NCBI GenBank assembly: GCA_973895155.1
Contig: OZ316899.1
Span: forward strand, 12,899,934-12,963,933
From: Marsupella aquatica
Taxonomy: Eukaryota > Plantae > Marchantiophyta
Length of the DNA stretch: 64,000 nucleotides
Direction: 5' to 3'
Position numbers and translations under genes: made by a program. Of the stretch, positions 47,697 through 60,124 are shown piece by piece (positions within the stretch are counted from its first letter, which is position 1; each line of letters opens with the position of its first letter). Below the pieces are notes generated by a model. That model had not been told where the DNA came from, searched no databases, and saw only the letters and a list, made by a program, of their open reading frames with translations.

Positions 47697-50600
47697 TGTC
47701 ACGTCGTTAGCCTAGGCCTTAACCCGGGCTTTGGCTTAGACAGGCACATCCTTCGTAAATATGAGGGTTCAGGTAGGGAGGGACGCACATAATGCTCCTA
47801 ACTCACGTAAACTAGCGCTAAGTGCGCTTACTGTTATGTACAGACACCTCCTAGGTATAGTTTGTGTTCCGCCGCCGGAACGTACCTTAGTCAACATGGG
47901 GTTGACCCCGGCTCACGGACTTCTAAGCCTTCGTGTTACCGCCTTCAATCTGGATCCATTAGTACAAGGGCTCAACCCGGGCTCGCAACCCCGTACCCGT
48001 ATCCGGCACCCCGTGCACGGTTGGCATAGCATTTTTGGCCCGGTGTTGATACTTGCACACGAGACTCATACATGCATTCATACATAACAGAAATCTCAAT
48101 TTACACAAAGGAATTAAGGAGAAAGGATTTCATTCATTTATGATCATACACTTTACGATTGGTTCACCCGACACCTCGTGAACAAATGGGCCCAAGGCCA
48201 AGGAGTATACACTACAACGGAGCTCGGCTCCGCACTCGCCCAACAAGCTTAGTCGTATACCCTCCCCTTGGCACTCCGGTACTTCACCAAGTTCGGGACT
48301 CCCCGCGCGTACTGCAAATGGCCAACCTCTGAGTCTAAAATCCCCCTCCCCTAACCTCTACTGGGGGCCGCTAAATACTAAGGGCTGAGGACTGGCCTGG
48401 GCTCGTGCCCGAATCTACGCTAACTTATATCCTTGCTAAGCTTTGCCTGCTTGTCCTATTAGTCTAACCTATTCTACACAGGCTGGCTAATGTATCAGCG
48501 CCGCTATCTTCTGGCCGACACTTGTCCTACCAGCCTGTTTTAGCTACTCCTAATCTATTCTAAGCCTAACCCTCCGCTAATGTCTGGTGCGCTTGCCAGA
48601 GCCGTCTGAGTGGGAGCGGCCATCCTGCTGCCTACGGAGTCTGTCATTGTCCGCCTTGAGGAGCTGGACTTGGTCCAGCAGAGATTTGTTTTCTTGCTTT
48701 GCCGCGTCCGTCTCCTGAGCTGCCTCCTGGCATGCCACTTCCAGTTGCTGGGCGTTGCTCGTCAGCTTGTCCACCACCTCAGTCATTTTCTTGGCTTTGG
48801 CTTGAAGCCGTGCCACTTTGCCCTGCAGGGTGGCAATCTCTGCAGTGTCATGCTGGGCCTGTTCTTCGGCCTCCTCTAGGTCTTTTTGCCAGATGATAGT
48901 TTGGTTCTTCAAACTGTCAACCTGGGTCCGGAGCCGCGCAATCTCGGCCTCCTTCCCGGCTTTGGCCTGTTCGGCTAAGGCGGTAAGGGCATGCGCATTT
49001 GCTAACAACTCATTGGCGGCTGCAACCTTGGGTCGTAGTTGCATAAGCTCAGCCTCTTGAGCTGCAACTTCATCCTTTAGGTACACGGACTCAACCCGGT
49101 ACCGCTCTATCCGCTGAAGGGCCTCCGACTGAGCCTGACCTGCCTTTACTGCGGTAACCAACTCCTGATTGAAGAAGTAGGCTACCTTCCAAGCCATGAA
49201 CTCCCCGGTATCCCGGGCTATCTGTTGGGAGAAATCTCCCAAAAGCCCATTTAGAAATGTACCCGGTACGAAGAGTTCCGGGTGGTCCAGGTTATGCCCG
49301 TCTAGAGTTGGGCATGGGCAGACGTTAACTCGTGTGGGAGCTGGGGTAGTGACATCTAGCCCTAGGGATGTAGTGTTGGAAGGGGCTGGAGTGTCCTCCT
49401 CTACCATCGGGCTGTCCTCTGGAATAGCCACTGGTGGGTCTTCTGGACCCTCGGGCTTGGGCAAGGCCTCCACTGCCCCGACTTCTGCACCAGACCCGGC
49501 CTGGTTGATCGCGTCTAAGGTTGCCATCACTGCCTCTTCCGGTACTTCTTCGGCCACGGCTACCGCTACCTGTGGAGGTTGGATGGGTGAGGCCTGCATC
49601 GCTGCCAGACTTCGGGCCTTGGGTTGAGGCCGTCTCTCCAAGGCCGGGAAGATCCACTTAGTCGGGACCAACTTAGTTACGTTGACCCGGGGAAGGGTTC
49701 GTTGATCAAACCGGGCGTACCACTTGAGAATTTTCTCGATGTGGCTCGCAAAATACGCCTTCCCGCCGTTGTATAGCGACTTCCTTTGCCACTCCATCTC
49801 TTCATGGAACTTCTTAGCGAAGTACAAAGCCCACTTCCTAGGTCGATAGTTCTCGACCTGGATAACCTGGGCAGCGGAGATCTCGCCCCAGGGTTCCATC
49901 ATGTGGAGGGCGTACCTCTGGAACTCCAGCCGCTCAGCATTTTGGGGATGAGGCAGGTCCTCATCACGAACCCGTTGTCCACTGACCCCTCGGAGGGAAA
50001 ACTCAAGGATTGGTACTTGGCTACCTTGCCCCCGGGAGCCCGTGATTTGACTCGGTGATTGCCCTCGGGTAGCCCAAAGATCATCCTGAGCCGCTCCTCT
50101 GTGAGGGACATATTCCTCCCCCGCAGCCAAGTATGCTGACGGACGTCGTCATAATTCTTGACAAACTCCGTCATGTCCTCCCTGTATATCTGCAGGTGTT
50201 CCAGGGGAGAGAGGCGAGGTGCTCGAACCCCCGAGTCTTCAAGTACACCGCATGTTTGGGGTGGAGGATGTTCTTATGCACGTTTTCCCCCATGTGGTGT
50301 ATTGTTACCGTGGCCATGGGTAACCTGGATACAGCTGTGGGTTCCTTCCTATTCTTTCCCCGAGACTGGCTCCCATGATGGCTTGGGGAGGGTGACACCT
50401 CCCCATCCTCCCGATCGGGTATGGGTAGTGCCACCGCCGTTAGTATTGGGGCCGGGGAGGCTACGGTTACCGTGTTATCCGCTGGAGCCGCTACTCGGGT
50501 CCGGGCGTGGGGAAGGGGCAATGTAGTGCCGGCTCCCTGGGTGCTTGCTCCTCTAGGCCGCCTGAGCAGGGGTAAGGTATCGTCTTTGTCATCGCTGAGG

Positions 50601-51672
50601 TCCACAGCGTTGATGACGGAGCATACTTGTACTGGCGGGCGACCGGCGGTGGGGATTGGCTAGGTTGAGGTTGAGGTTGAGGCTGAGACTGAGCCTGGAC
50701 TGGTGCGGGTACGGGCATGGTTGGGCTAGCACTGGTAGTTGATGGTGTAGTTGCCATGAAATTTTGTAGGTGTCGGTAGAGGTTTTCTGATGCAAGTGTA
50801 GACGCCCTTGTAGATCGGGTAGCGCTGGACTCGTTGTTGATGATGTCCCGGACCCGAGCGGGGATGTGGTCAAAGTGGTGCCGTTGTAAGTCGATCGTGC
50901 TTGGGATATTGAAGACCTCGTCCGAGAGCCAAAGCAATGCCTCCCAGAAGCTGATATATTTGCCTCCGTTGAAGAAGTCCCCTGATATTTTTTTGGGTCG
51001 GTAAAGCTCGCTTTGGGACGGGTAATCAAAGTTAGGGAGATAGTGATGGCGGCCTGCTAGGCGGATGGCTCTCTCGTACTTGCGTTCGATCTCGTATCGT
51101 TGCGGGTTGGCATGTTTCAACGAGTCGGCCAAGTGCCCTCTGATAGACAGGAATGCGTCCAAAATCGTATGGCCGAATTGGAAAGGATTGTGTGCGACAT
51201 TCAGAGGAGATGGAAGGTGACTAAAGATAAGCGAGAGAACTAGGGTCCAAGCTGGCGCGTGGACTGAAGAACTGGTGCACTGCAAAGGATCGGCCCCCTT
51301 TTTATACTCTAAGAGCTCGTCGATCGCCCGTCGCCTCCTCATGGTTTATAGGCCAAGCCTTTCACGCTTGCAGTGTACCGGCCACTCCGCCAGTCCAGGT
51401 CAGCGTGTGTCAGTGGCCGCCTCCCGAAGTTTGTTATACGGACCCGAGGGGGAAAGGGGAGGGCCCATTACACGCTCGTAACCTGGGCATGCGAATGGCG
51501 ACCCGCCGCCAGCCCAAACACGAATGCCCTTATTGACTAATGATTTTCTACTCATAATGGCTACCTAAATACTATCATTATGCTAATAATTATGGCCTAA
51601 GATACCTCTACTGCACGTGCTAAGCGTGGTTAGGCCAAATCATTTATTAGCCACCGTACCGGCAACGTCACA
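47697..51672 (-). mobile_element. Second giant (3976-bp) ORF-carrying solo LTR, related to 11604-15441
   Basis: TGTGAC...GTGACA on the - strand; 5-bp TSD CGCAT (47692-47696 and 51673-51677). Its terminus CCCGGGTTAAGGCCTAGG...GACA resembles CCCGGATTTAAGGCCCAGGG...GACA of the first unit. Confidence 0.85.
48577..51342 (-). pseudogene. Frameshifted homologue of the 815-aa LTR-internal protein
   Basis: EFVKNYD...MSLTEERLRMIFGLP...DNGF...ERLEFQRYALHMMEPWGEIS...WALYF...GGKAYFASHIEKILKWY plus coiled coil, spread over four overlapping ORFs. Confidence 0.8.
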
Positions 51673-53520
51673 CGCATCCAGAAGGACGCAACAACTATCA
51701 GCACATCAACGACACGAAGGACAGGCCAAGGCAGGCCGCAAAATCCACACCAAAAAAAAAAACACAAAAAAAAAATAGGAAGGCTGCGCCAGTTCTCTCA
51801 ACTCTCAGTTCTCTCACTTCCTCTTCAACCCTGCTCCGTACATTCTTGTGCAAAGTGGTCGGACTTCTCGCAATTATAGCACACCGGAGTCCGCCAGACC
51901 CCTGGTTTAGGCAGTATACTCAGATTACTAACCACTTGAGGGCTGCACCCATTCTGGGGATATGAGTATGGGGTGTGGAACCCTGGATTGTGCCCGCTTA
52001 GTGTGCAAGGTCCGGTCATACTCATCTGAAACACTACTTTGGCCGGATCCTCAAAGAAGTACTCCATCGTGCTTCCCTCAAGTTCTGATTGTCCAGGTTC
52101 CAACTCTATTTGATGTACTCGGGTATTTCACCTTGGACATTCTTGAACCACGTGTCCAGACTGGTAACACTTGGAGCACCAAGCATGTGCTCTAGTTTGT
52201 GGTGGTTTCTTCTTCTCTGGTGGTTTTTTGGCCAAATGCACAGATAGTGCCTTAAGCCAATCCGTAATTTCATTCAGATTTTCCTCCTCCACAGCCTTGG
52301 GGTCCATAGCGGCAGCCTTGGCTTGCGGTCTGAGTTTAACCAAGCTTGACCAAGAGTCCTTCTTTTTCCGTCGGGCTTGAGAGTGGACAAACTGCTAGAC
52401 AATGATTTGCTAGACTTCAAGTCGTAGTCTGAAGAGGAGCTCATCCTCCCCTTCTTCTTACGTTGCTTCCTTATTTCCTCCTCTTCTCATTGTACTCTGA
52501 GTTCAAATTGCTAAAGGTCTGATATCTTTGGCTCTTCTTACTTTTTGTTCTTTGATTAAACTGAGAGGCATAGTGCAATTCCCAGAAGGATTCCGCACTA
52601 TCGATTGCCTGTTTAAGGTGGTGGTCCTCTTGTCCAGCACCGAGAACGCCATCTTTTGAGGCAGCGCATTCACAAACCACTTCATTAAAAGTGAGTCAAC
52701 GGGCTTTGGTCAAATCTTGGCAGCAGCCTTCTGGAACCTCTGCAAGAATTTGCTAAGTGAGTCATGCTTACCCATCTGCATTTGTCCTATCTTTGACAAG
52801 GCCCAGGATTCAATGCCAACGGGCCTGAATTCCTGTAGGAAGGCTGACTGGAACTGGCCCCACATGAAGCTGGGTGGTTGCAAGTTAAACCACGGTCGTG
52901 CTTCTCCCCGTAGTACGCCTGGAAGAATGGTTAGCTTAATGGCTTCCTCGTCATTCGCCTTAGTCATGGCCTCAAATTTGGCCAACCACTCATTTGGGTC
53001 ATCTGTAGGCCTTCCCTTGAATGGTCGATAGTGAAACTGAGATTGCTGTGGCACAGTGGTCCGAGACCAGGGGGAGGTCACAATGCACCTGGTGTTGGTG
53101 GCGGCGGTGGAGCCAATGGAGCTTCTTTGCCTGCTGGTGCTTGGGTCCCCATTGTAGTATTCAACCCCCTTGGGGCGGCTCCGCTCCCTGCCTCGGTTAA
53201 TGCATCTTCTCCTCCCAAGCTCAACGCTCCTTCCGTATGCTATAAATATGCAGATTGCAAGCAGGTAAGGGGCATGCCCCTTTCTTAATCCGCACGAGAC
53301 ACAATCACTTGTTTAATAAATCACTACACGGCTCCACTCGTAAGGCAAAATGAGTGCCCCCTCCATCTAGTGCCAAAAAACCAGGGGCGTATATGTTGCG
53401 CCACTAATCTGGGCCTTAAATCCGGGTTACTCGCACACGACCTCTAGTAGGGGTGAGGTTTCGGGCAAGGAGGGGTGTAGTGGCCTTAATTAGTCTAAGT
53501 CGGACTATATATGTAGGTAC

Positions 53521-56500
53521 TGTTGAAACACCACAACATGGAAATGACCAATCTTCTCATTCATGGGGAAAGACTTTATACAAGAGGTAGTTACTAAGGA
53601 TGTTAGTGTAACTACCTAGAGGTGGAGGTTTAACCTTGGTTAATGGTAGACTTAACCTTGGGTTATAACACTCCCCCTTGGGTGCACCATGGAAACATGT
53701 TATGGTGCAACCAACAAGTCTACCATATGTGAAGTGAAAGTGTTGTATTTCTAAGATATGGCCTATTGGAAATGAGAAGAAATGGGGGGATGTAACCTCA
53801 TTAAAACCTCCCCTACTTTCTTTTGGGAGGAAAGAGTGTTACCCATCCCGCCTTATTCAAAATGTAATGTAATGTTAAGTGTAAGCAGTGTCAACTAGTG
53901 TGACCTAAACTACTCAGATGAATGAGGTCGTTCGTAAGGTTAGCCGCATTCGATGAAGGAAGTGTCGAAGAAGAATGAGCAGTAGTTGTTGCAAGGGAAA
54001 AGGAAGTTTGTGAGGTTCATCGTTTAGGGAAAAGCGGATTAGAGGAGCAAATGTTGGGAGGAGCGTCAAAGATCGATGGGTGTGGGATTGTTGTGTAACC
54101 ATATACTCAGGTTCAGTAAGATTTCCATTTGCGCTCCTATGGATATTTGTATGAACTGGTGACTATGCGTCTGTGTAAGGGCCTGCTGCAGCTGATCGCG
54201 TTGATGTTTTGTTGTTGTGATGTGCTCCAAAACTGATCCGTGTAGTTGATCTGGGGCTGTAAGCTTGAAGTTCTGAGGAATGAGATGGAGTCATTGTCCC
54301 TCGACGCCACGTTGGCTTGCGCTCGTGTTTGTCTTGATCAGGTTATTCCCTCACTGGTTTTGCTTGTTGCAGTTGGGTGCAAAACAGCTTTGTAGACTCA
54401 CTACGATTTGTCGTTGGTTTCGAAAATAGTTGATTTGACAATGGGTAGCCTCTTCATAACGCTAATAGCTTGTTCTCCCATGTACAATCGTATCAATCTC
54501 CCCCTGGGCTTGTCATTTACTTGTTCTGCTTCACGTCAGAGTGAACCCTGTATAAAAGAAGATAATCTCCGCATGCCTATGGACTTTGTTAGTTCACTAT
54601 GGATAGATGGGGGTAATGCTTTGGTTAGTAGGTTGGCACGGTTTTGTTGGCTACGAATCCATTGTACAGTAATTGTATCTTCCAATTGTTCGTGGGTAAA
54701 GAAAAATTTGGGGGTGATATGCTTGGTTTTGTCTCCTTTAATAAATCCAGTGGCGATTTGTTCAACACAGGGGCGATTGTCCTCGAAAATAATTGTTGGA
54801 GATGTGAGTTTTGGCATACCTGTATGCTCTGAGATGTGACTGATCACATTTCGGAGCCAGATGCACTCACGGCTGGCTTCGTATCCTAAACTATAATACA
54901 AGGTTGCGCCTTTTTATGAAGTGGTCGTCATTCAAATTTGCAGTGTCCAAAAAACGTTAATCATGTTAAAGAGAAGGAATAAAGGTTATATTAAATTTAG
55001 TGTGCACCAAAAAAATAATGAATACATTCCAAACAAGAGGGGAATCAAATGGGAGACACAAAAGTAGGGAGCCAATGCTAGAACCAATGGGGCACACAAA
55101 ACAAGAGAGTGAATGTACATGCATGAGTATCAAGGAGGTATACACATGAAATACCAAAGTACATAATATATATGATACTATATATAATAATGATATTAAT
55201 TTAATTAAAAATAGGTTAGATTACAAAGACAATATCAAAAGCTGTAATAAAATGTTACTTTTTATTTATTATAGTAGTCATTCAAATCTGCAATACCCCA
55301 AAAATGAAAAACATGAAAGAATGATTTCTTTTGTGAATGAAAATGGAGAGCAATGTTTCCAAGCAAAAAATGAATTTAATAGTACAAAGAAAATAAGGAG
55401 GGTCTCTAGCAATGCAAAGAGTATCAAGGAGACCCTTCCTTTACCATGCACCACTATAATCCTGATCCCGTCCCTTTATAAACTTAAAAAAGTGACAATC
55501 AATCTTGAATGTTCATCAAAACATAATTTTTTTCACACTTTAAGATCTATCCATACACCCCTTCTACAAGTAAGTTCCTGCCCAAGCTACCCTTTAACCT
55601 TCCCATACCTGCCACAATTGAAAAAATTAATCAAATGTTAATTAAATTTATTAATATATAAATAATTCTAATTTTTTTGAAATAATTTCAAATATAAATA
55701 AAATATAGATAAAATATTTTCTCATCTTGACATCTTTTCTTCATATTAAGATCTTCTCCTCAAGATCTTTGCTCATCTTGACATATTTTCCTCGCCTTGA
55801 GATCTTTTCTCACCTCAACATATATATTATATTTGTCTCGTTTTGCCACCTGGTCATCTTTATCTCACCACAACATCTTTCTTCACCCTCAACATTTTTT
55901 CCTCATATTGACATCTTTTTCTCATCTCACCATCTTTTCTCTCCTTGACTTATTTTTCTCACCTCCGAATGTTTTTCTCTAATATGACATCTTTTCCTCA
56001 CCTTGCTATATTTTCTTTCCTTGACATATTTTTCTCAGCTCAAAATGTTTTTCTCTTATTGACATCTTTTTTCACCTTGATATATTTTCTCACCTCAACA
56101 TGCATCATTTGTGCAAAGCATAGGTATCAGGCTCGATATGTACTTAACAACATCTTTTACTTCACAACATCTTTTAGTAATGACATACTTTATCTATTGA
56201 CCAGTTTATACTTAACAACATCTTAATACTTGACGACATCTTTGGCATAACGACATTGTTGGTGACATGACATCTACTTACTTGACACAATTTTTTACTT
56301 GATGATCTTTAGGGCAACATGCCATCTTTGGCAAAATGACTTCTTTTTCTTAACAACATCTTTTTACTTCATGACATTTTTCACATAAGAACATCATTAT
56401 TGGGAAACACAATATATAATTCTCTTAAGAGCATTTTGGGAGCCACAACACTTTCCTCTTAGCGACATCTTGGGGGACACTACATCTTGGGCGCCATGAT

Positions 56501-59500
56501 ATCCTTATTTTAATGATATTTTGGGAGACACAACATTTTTTTTCTTAACAACATCTTTTGTGCATTGCATGGGTAATTCCCTCAATGATGTCTTGGCCGA
56601 CACGACATATTTTCTCTCCTTGATGTCTTTGCCGACACGACATCTTTTTTTCAACGACATCTTGGCCGACATGACAACTTTTTTTCAACGACCTCTTGGC
56701 CAACATGACATCTTTTTTTCTCAACGACTTTTTTTCTCTCAACCACCTCTTGGCCGACACGACATTTTGTCTCTCCACGACCTCTTGGCTGACACGACAT
56801 CTTTTTTTCTCAACGACATCTTGGCCGACACGACTTCTTTTGTGCAACGCATGGGTATTGAGCTCGTAGAGCAATAATTTTGCAATGATTCAATGATGTG
56901 GTGGTAAGAGTTTGCTTGGTACTTTTCCAAGACATCGCTGTTGAGCCGATCAGAAAAATATATCCTGTCTGTGATTTAGTATCTGCAGGGTCAGAAAGGT
57001 AACCGGCATCTGCATAGCCGGTTAGTATGCCATCTGTTTGTGTGAGGAAATGCAGGCCCATGTCCACCATACCAATTAGGTAATGGAAATTTCTTTTCAA
57101 ACCATTCCAATGCCTGATGGTTGGCTGTGAGTTGTGTTGAGCTAGTAGGCTCACTGCAAACGCTATGTCCGGATGAGTCTGATTAGCCAAGAACATGAGA
57201 GCCCCTATAGCAGATAGGTAGGGCTTCTTAGAGTTGAGAAGTGGCTCGTTCTCCTCTCTCTTACAAAAAATGTCTTTCTGCTGATCCAGTGATCGCAGAT
57301 CCATTGGAGAGGTTACTGCTTTGGCCTTATCCATGTTAAATTGTTTCAGTATTCTGTTCGTGTATGTTGTTTGATGTAAGAGAATGCCATCAGGTAAATA
57401 ATCAAACTGCAGTCCGAGGCAGAAAGTAGTCTGCCCCAAATCTCTCATTTTGAATACACGTTTGAGCAGTTTAATTGTTTCCAGTGTTATTTTGTTGGTG
57501 CCAAACAAATTAAGGTCATCTACGTAGATGGCCACAATGATGAATTCATGGCTTTCTCTTTTCATAAAGAGGCATGGGGTGATGTCTGAATTCCTAAAAC
57601 CCATTGCTAACATTTCTGTTTGAAAGCGTTTGTACCAGGTCCTGCCGCTTTGTTTAAGCCCATACATGGAGCGAAGCACCTGGACAGAGAACCGGGTTTT
57701 GGCTAATAGAGCCCTCTTATCTGGTTCTAGCCTGGAAGTGGTTTTCATTATAATGGCTTGTGATGTTGACCGGAGTGTATCCTGGTCTGTATGCCCGAAA
57801 CCTCCTTCAGGTGGCTTATGTGGTCTTGTTTTGGACTGCTCCCCCTTACAGTGGTGTTGGACCCTTTGTATTAATTCTATTGGAGCTTCCATGTGTATAG
57901 ACTTATCAAGTTTTCCATAGATATAGGCAGTCACTATGTCCAGTTGGTGCATGGATAGTTTATGCCTCAAGGCAAAGGCTATGAGGTATCTGAAAGTAAT
58001 TACATCCATTACTGGGGAATAAGTTAAATCATAATCTCTCCCTGGTACCTGAGTAAATCCTCTAGCAACTAACCGTGCCTTATATCTAACGACTTCTCCC
58101 ATAGCATATCTCTTTTTAGTGAATGTCCACTTGTAGCCTGTCAGGTGGATATCTTGTGTAACAGGTGTAATGGGGCCAAAAACTTGGCGCGAAATTAATG
58201 AATCAAGTTCTGAGTGTATGGCCGCCTCCCACTTAGGCCAATCTGGTTGACTCTGTGCTTCCTTTATTGTTCGGGGGTCAGGGGTCTCATTAAGCATTTC
58301 TTGTGAGATTTGAAAAGCAAAAATTTCATCTGGTTTTGTCTGTGTTCTATCCCAGATCTTCCCACTTATATTATAGTGTATGGCCGTCTCTTCATTATCA
58401 TCAAGCCTTACAGTTGGTGTAGGGTTAATTACCAAATCGGTGGAGTTTGTTGAATATTGTTGACTGGCCTTCGTTGACATGGTTGTTTATCAATCAATCC
58501 TGGTGGTCGACCACGCTTTGCTCTTGGGGCCGGTTCTGTTGCCTATTTTGTTGTTATCTCAATTCTTGAGGGTGTATTGGCAGCAGGTATGTGAGACCTT
58601 GTAACCTTTGCTGCATCTGCAAAAGAGTCTGGGAGTTGTTCCATCATCCGCAGCAGGTGGAGAGTCCTTTGTACTTCTGTATCTGTTTGTGCCATTCTAG
58701 GGTCGTTCCAGAAATTGGACTGTATTTGCCATTGCACTTTTGTTAGTGCCTTCTGATTTAGTCCTGTCTGTACGCTTAGTGTGGGAAAAACATTTTCGAA
58801 GAAGTGGCAGTCTGAGAATCTTGCTTTGAATACATCTGCTGTTGTGGGCTCGAGATACCGTATGATTGATATCGAGTCAAAGCCTATGTATATTCCTTTC
58901 TGCCGTTGGGGGCCAAGTTTGGTACACTTAGGACCCATGATAGGCACTAACACTTGACAGCCGAAGGTTCGCAGATGTGAGATGTCGGGAATAGTTCCAT
59001 ATGCTAAATGGTGAGGCGTGCTCGTATTGAATGCCGATGGCCAATACTGGAGCATCGCTGCTGCATGTAGGATAGCGTGTCCCCAGGCAGAATGAGGTAA
59101 ATTTGATTGCATGAGCATAGGGCGGGCGATCATTTGTAATCGCTTGATTAAGGACTCTGCTATCCCATTTTGAAAGTGAACATAGGGGACGGGGCACTAA
59201 GTGTCAATGCCGGCAGACGTACAGAAGTCGTCAAATGTTTTGGAGGTAAATTTGCCGGCGTTGTCCACCTGAAGTATTTTGATAGGGTGGTCCAAAAATT
59301 GGGCCTTCAGTTTTAAGATGTGAGCCAGTATCCGGGCGAAAACCAGGTTGCGTGTGGAGAGTAGGGAGACCTGTGACCACTTAGAGGAGGCATCGATTAT
59401 GGCCAGGAAAAATTGGAAAGGTCCGCTGGGTGGGTCAATTGGTCCACACACATCCGCGTGGACCCTCTCGAGGAAATTTGGGATTCTGTTTTCTGTTGTC

Positions 59501-60124
59501 GGTGGTGAAGGTCTGGTTATAAATTTGCCTTGTGAGCATGGCAAGCATGATCCCTTCATGGCAGGGGGTGGACTGTATGTGGAATGCCTTTAGTGTCTTT
59601 GATGATTTTCTGGAACATCGTTGTACCTGGGTGGCCCAATCTTCTGTGCCAGGTTTCTGTAATGGTGTAGGCCTGTGCTTCCATGTGGAAGCTGTGTATT
59701 TTGGTAATGTAGAAGCCAGCTGGATATGTTGCTAGTGTCTCTTTAATCTCTGTACCTCTAGGGGTATAGCATATGATGTGCAGTACTTCTTGTGCGTTTG
59801 TTGTGTCCATATGAGCATGCAGGCCATTGTCTTGGATATCTCTGAAGCTCAGAAGGTTTCTTGTGGCTCTTGGAGCGTATATGGCCGCTTTATGTTTATT
59901 GTTGTTCCATTTGGTAGAAAAATCATGGTTGGGCCATACCCCTCTTTGATCTGCTTCTGTCCTGTTATTGTTGTGACATTCCAATGTGAGGGGGTGATTT
60001 GTTTGAAGTATTCTTTTCTGCGCAGAATTGAGTGGGAAGTCCCGTTGTCGACCACGCAGGAGCTGTTGTCATCTAGGTTAGTCTGTGTGGGGGAAGCTGT
60101 TACCAGGTGTATCTCTGGGAGTAT
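53521..60124 (-). mobile_element. Copia LTR retrotransposon (Bianca-like): 3' LTR and pol, interrupted by a Helitron and a CACTA element
   Basis: LTR 53521-53670 (TGTTG...TAACA) with PPT; RNase H 54536-54883; RT 56867-58480; integrase HADVCGP and VDNAGKF at 58543-59559; protease VDNGTSH near 60050. Confidence 0.92.
54884..56866 (+). mobile_element. Non-autonomous Helitron
   Basis: Inserted between A and T. 5' end TCCTAAACTATAAT; 3' end GTGCAACGCATGGGTATTGAGCTCG (hairpin remnant and CTRR-like end). Excision without a TSD restores the Copia frame IALYEA. Internal GACATC(T)n repeats. Confidence 0.8.

Larger units (their letters stand above)
38184..51831 (-). mobile_element. L1-clade LINE, 5'-complete, with two nested LTR-type insertions
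   Basis: 16-bp TSD TGCTCCGTACATTCTT (38168-38183 and 51832-51847); A-rich tail on the - strand at about 38184-38220; ORF1 and ORF2 motifs. Confidence 0.92.
35520..53520 (-). mobile_element. Tat/Athila-type Gypsy element, decayed, split by an L1 and cut within its 5' LTR by a Copia insertion
   Basis: LTR 3' end at 53394-53520; PBS-like TGGCACTAGATGGAGGGG (53357-53375); retrotrans_gag 52710-53081; CCHC knuckles at about 52130, 51850 and 38100, in frame across the L1; protease DGGSGVNIM (37006-37359); RT start YKDVFAWS (36340-36615) followed by a deletion. Confidence 0.8.

Noticed and set aside
54879-56868. 5-bp TSD TCGTA around the 2-kb insert
   Set aside because: Removing one copy frameshifts the Copia RNase H, whereas the A|T Helitron junction restores IALYEA exactly.
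55252-56877. F/L/S-rich ORFs inside the Helitron as captured genes
   Set aside because: Low-complexity translations of AT-rich GACATC(T)n repeats.
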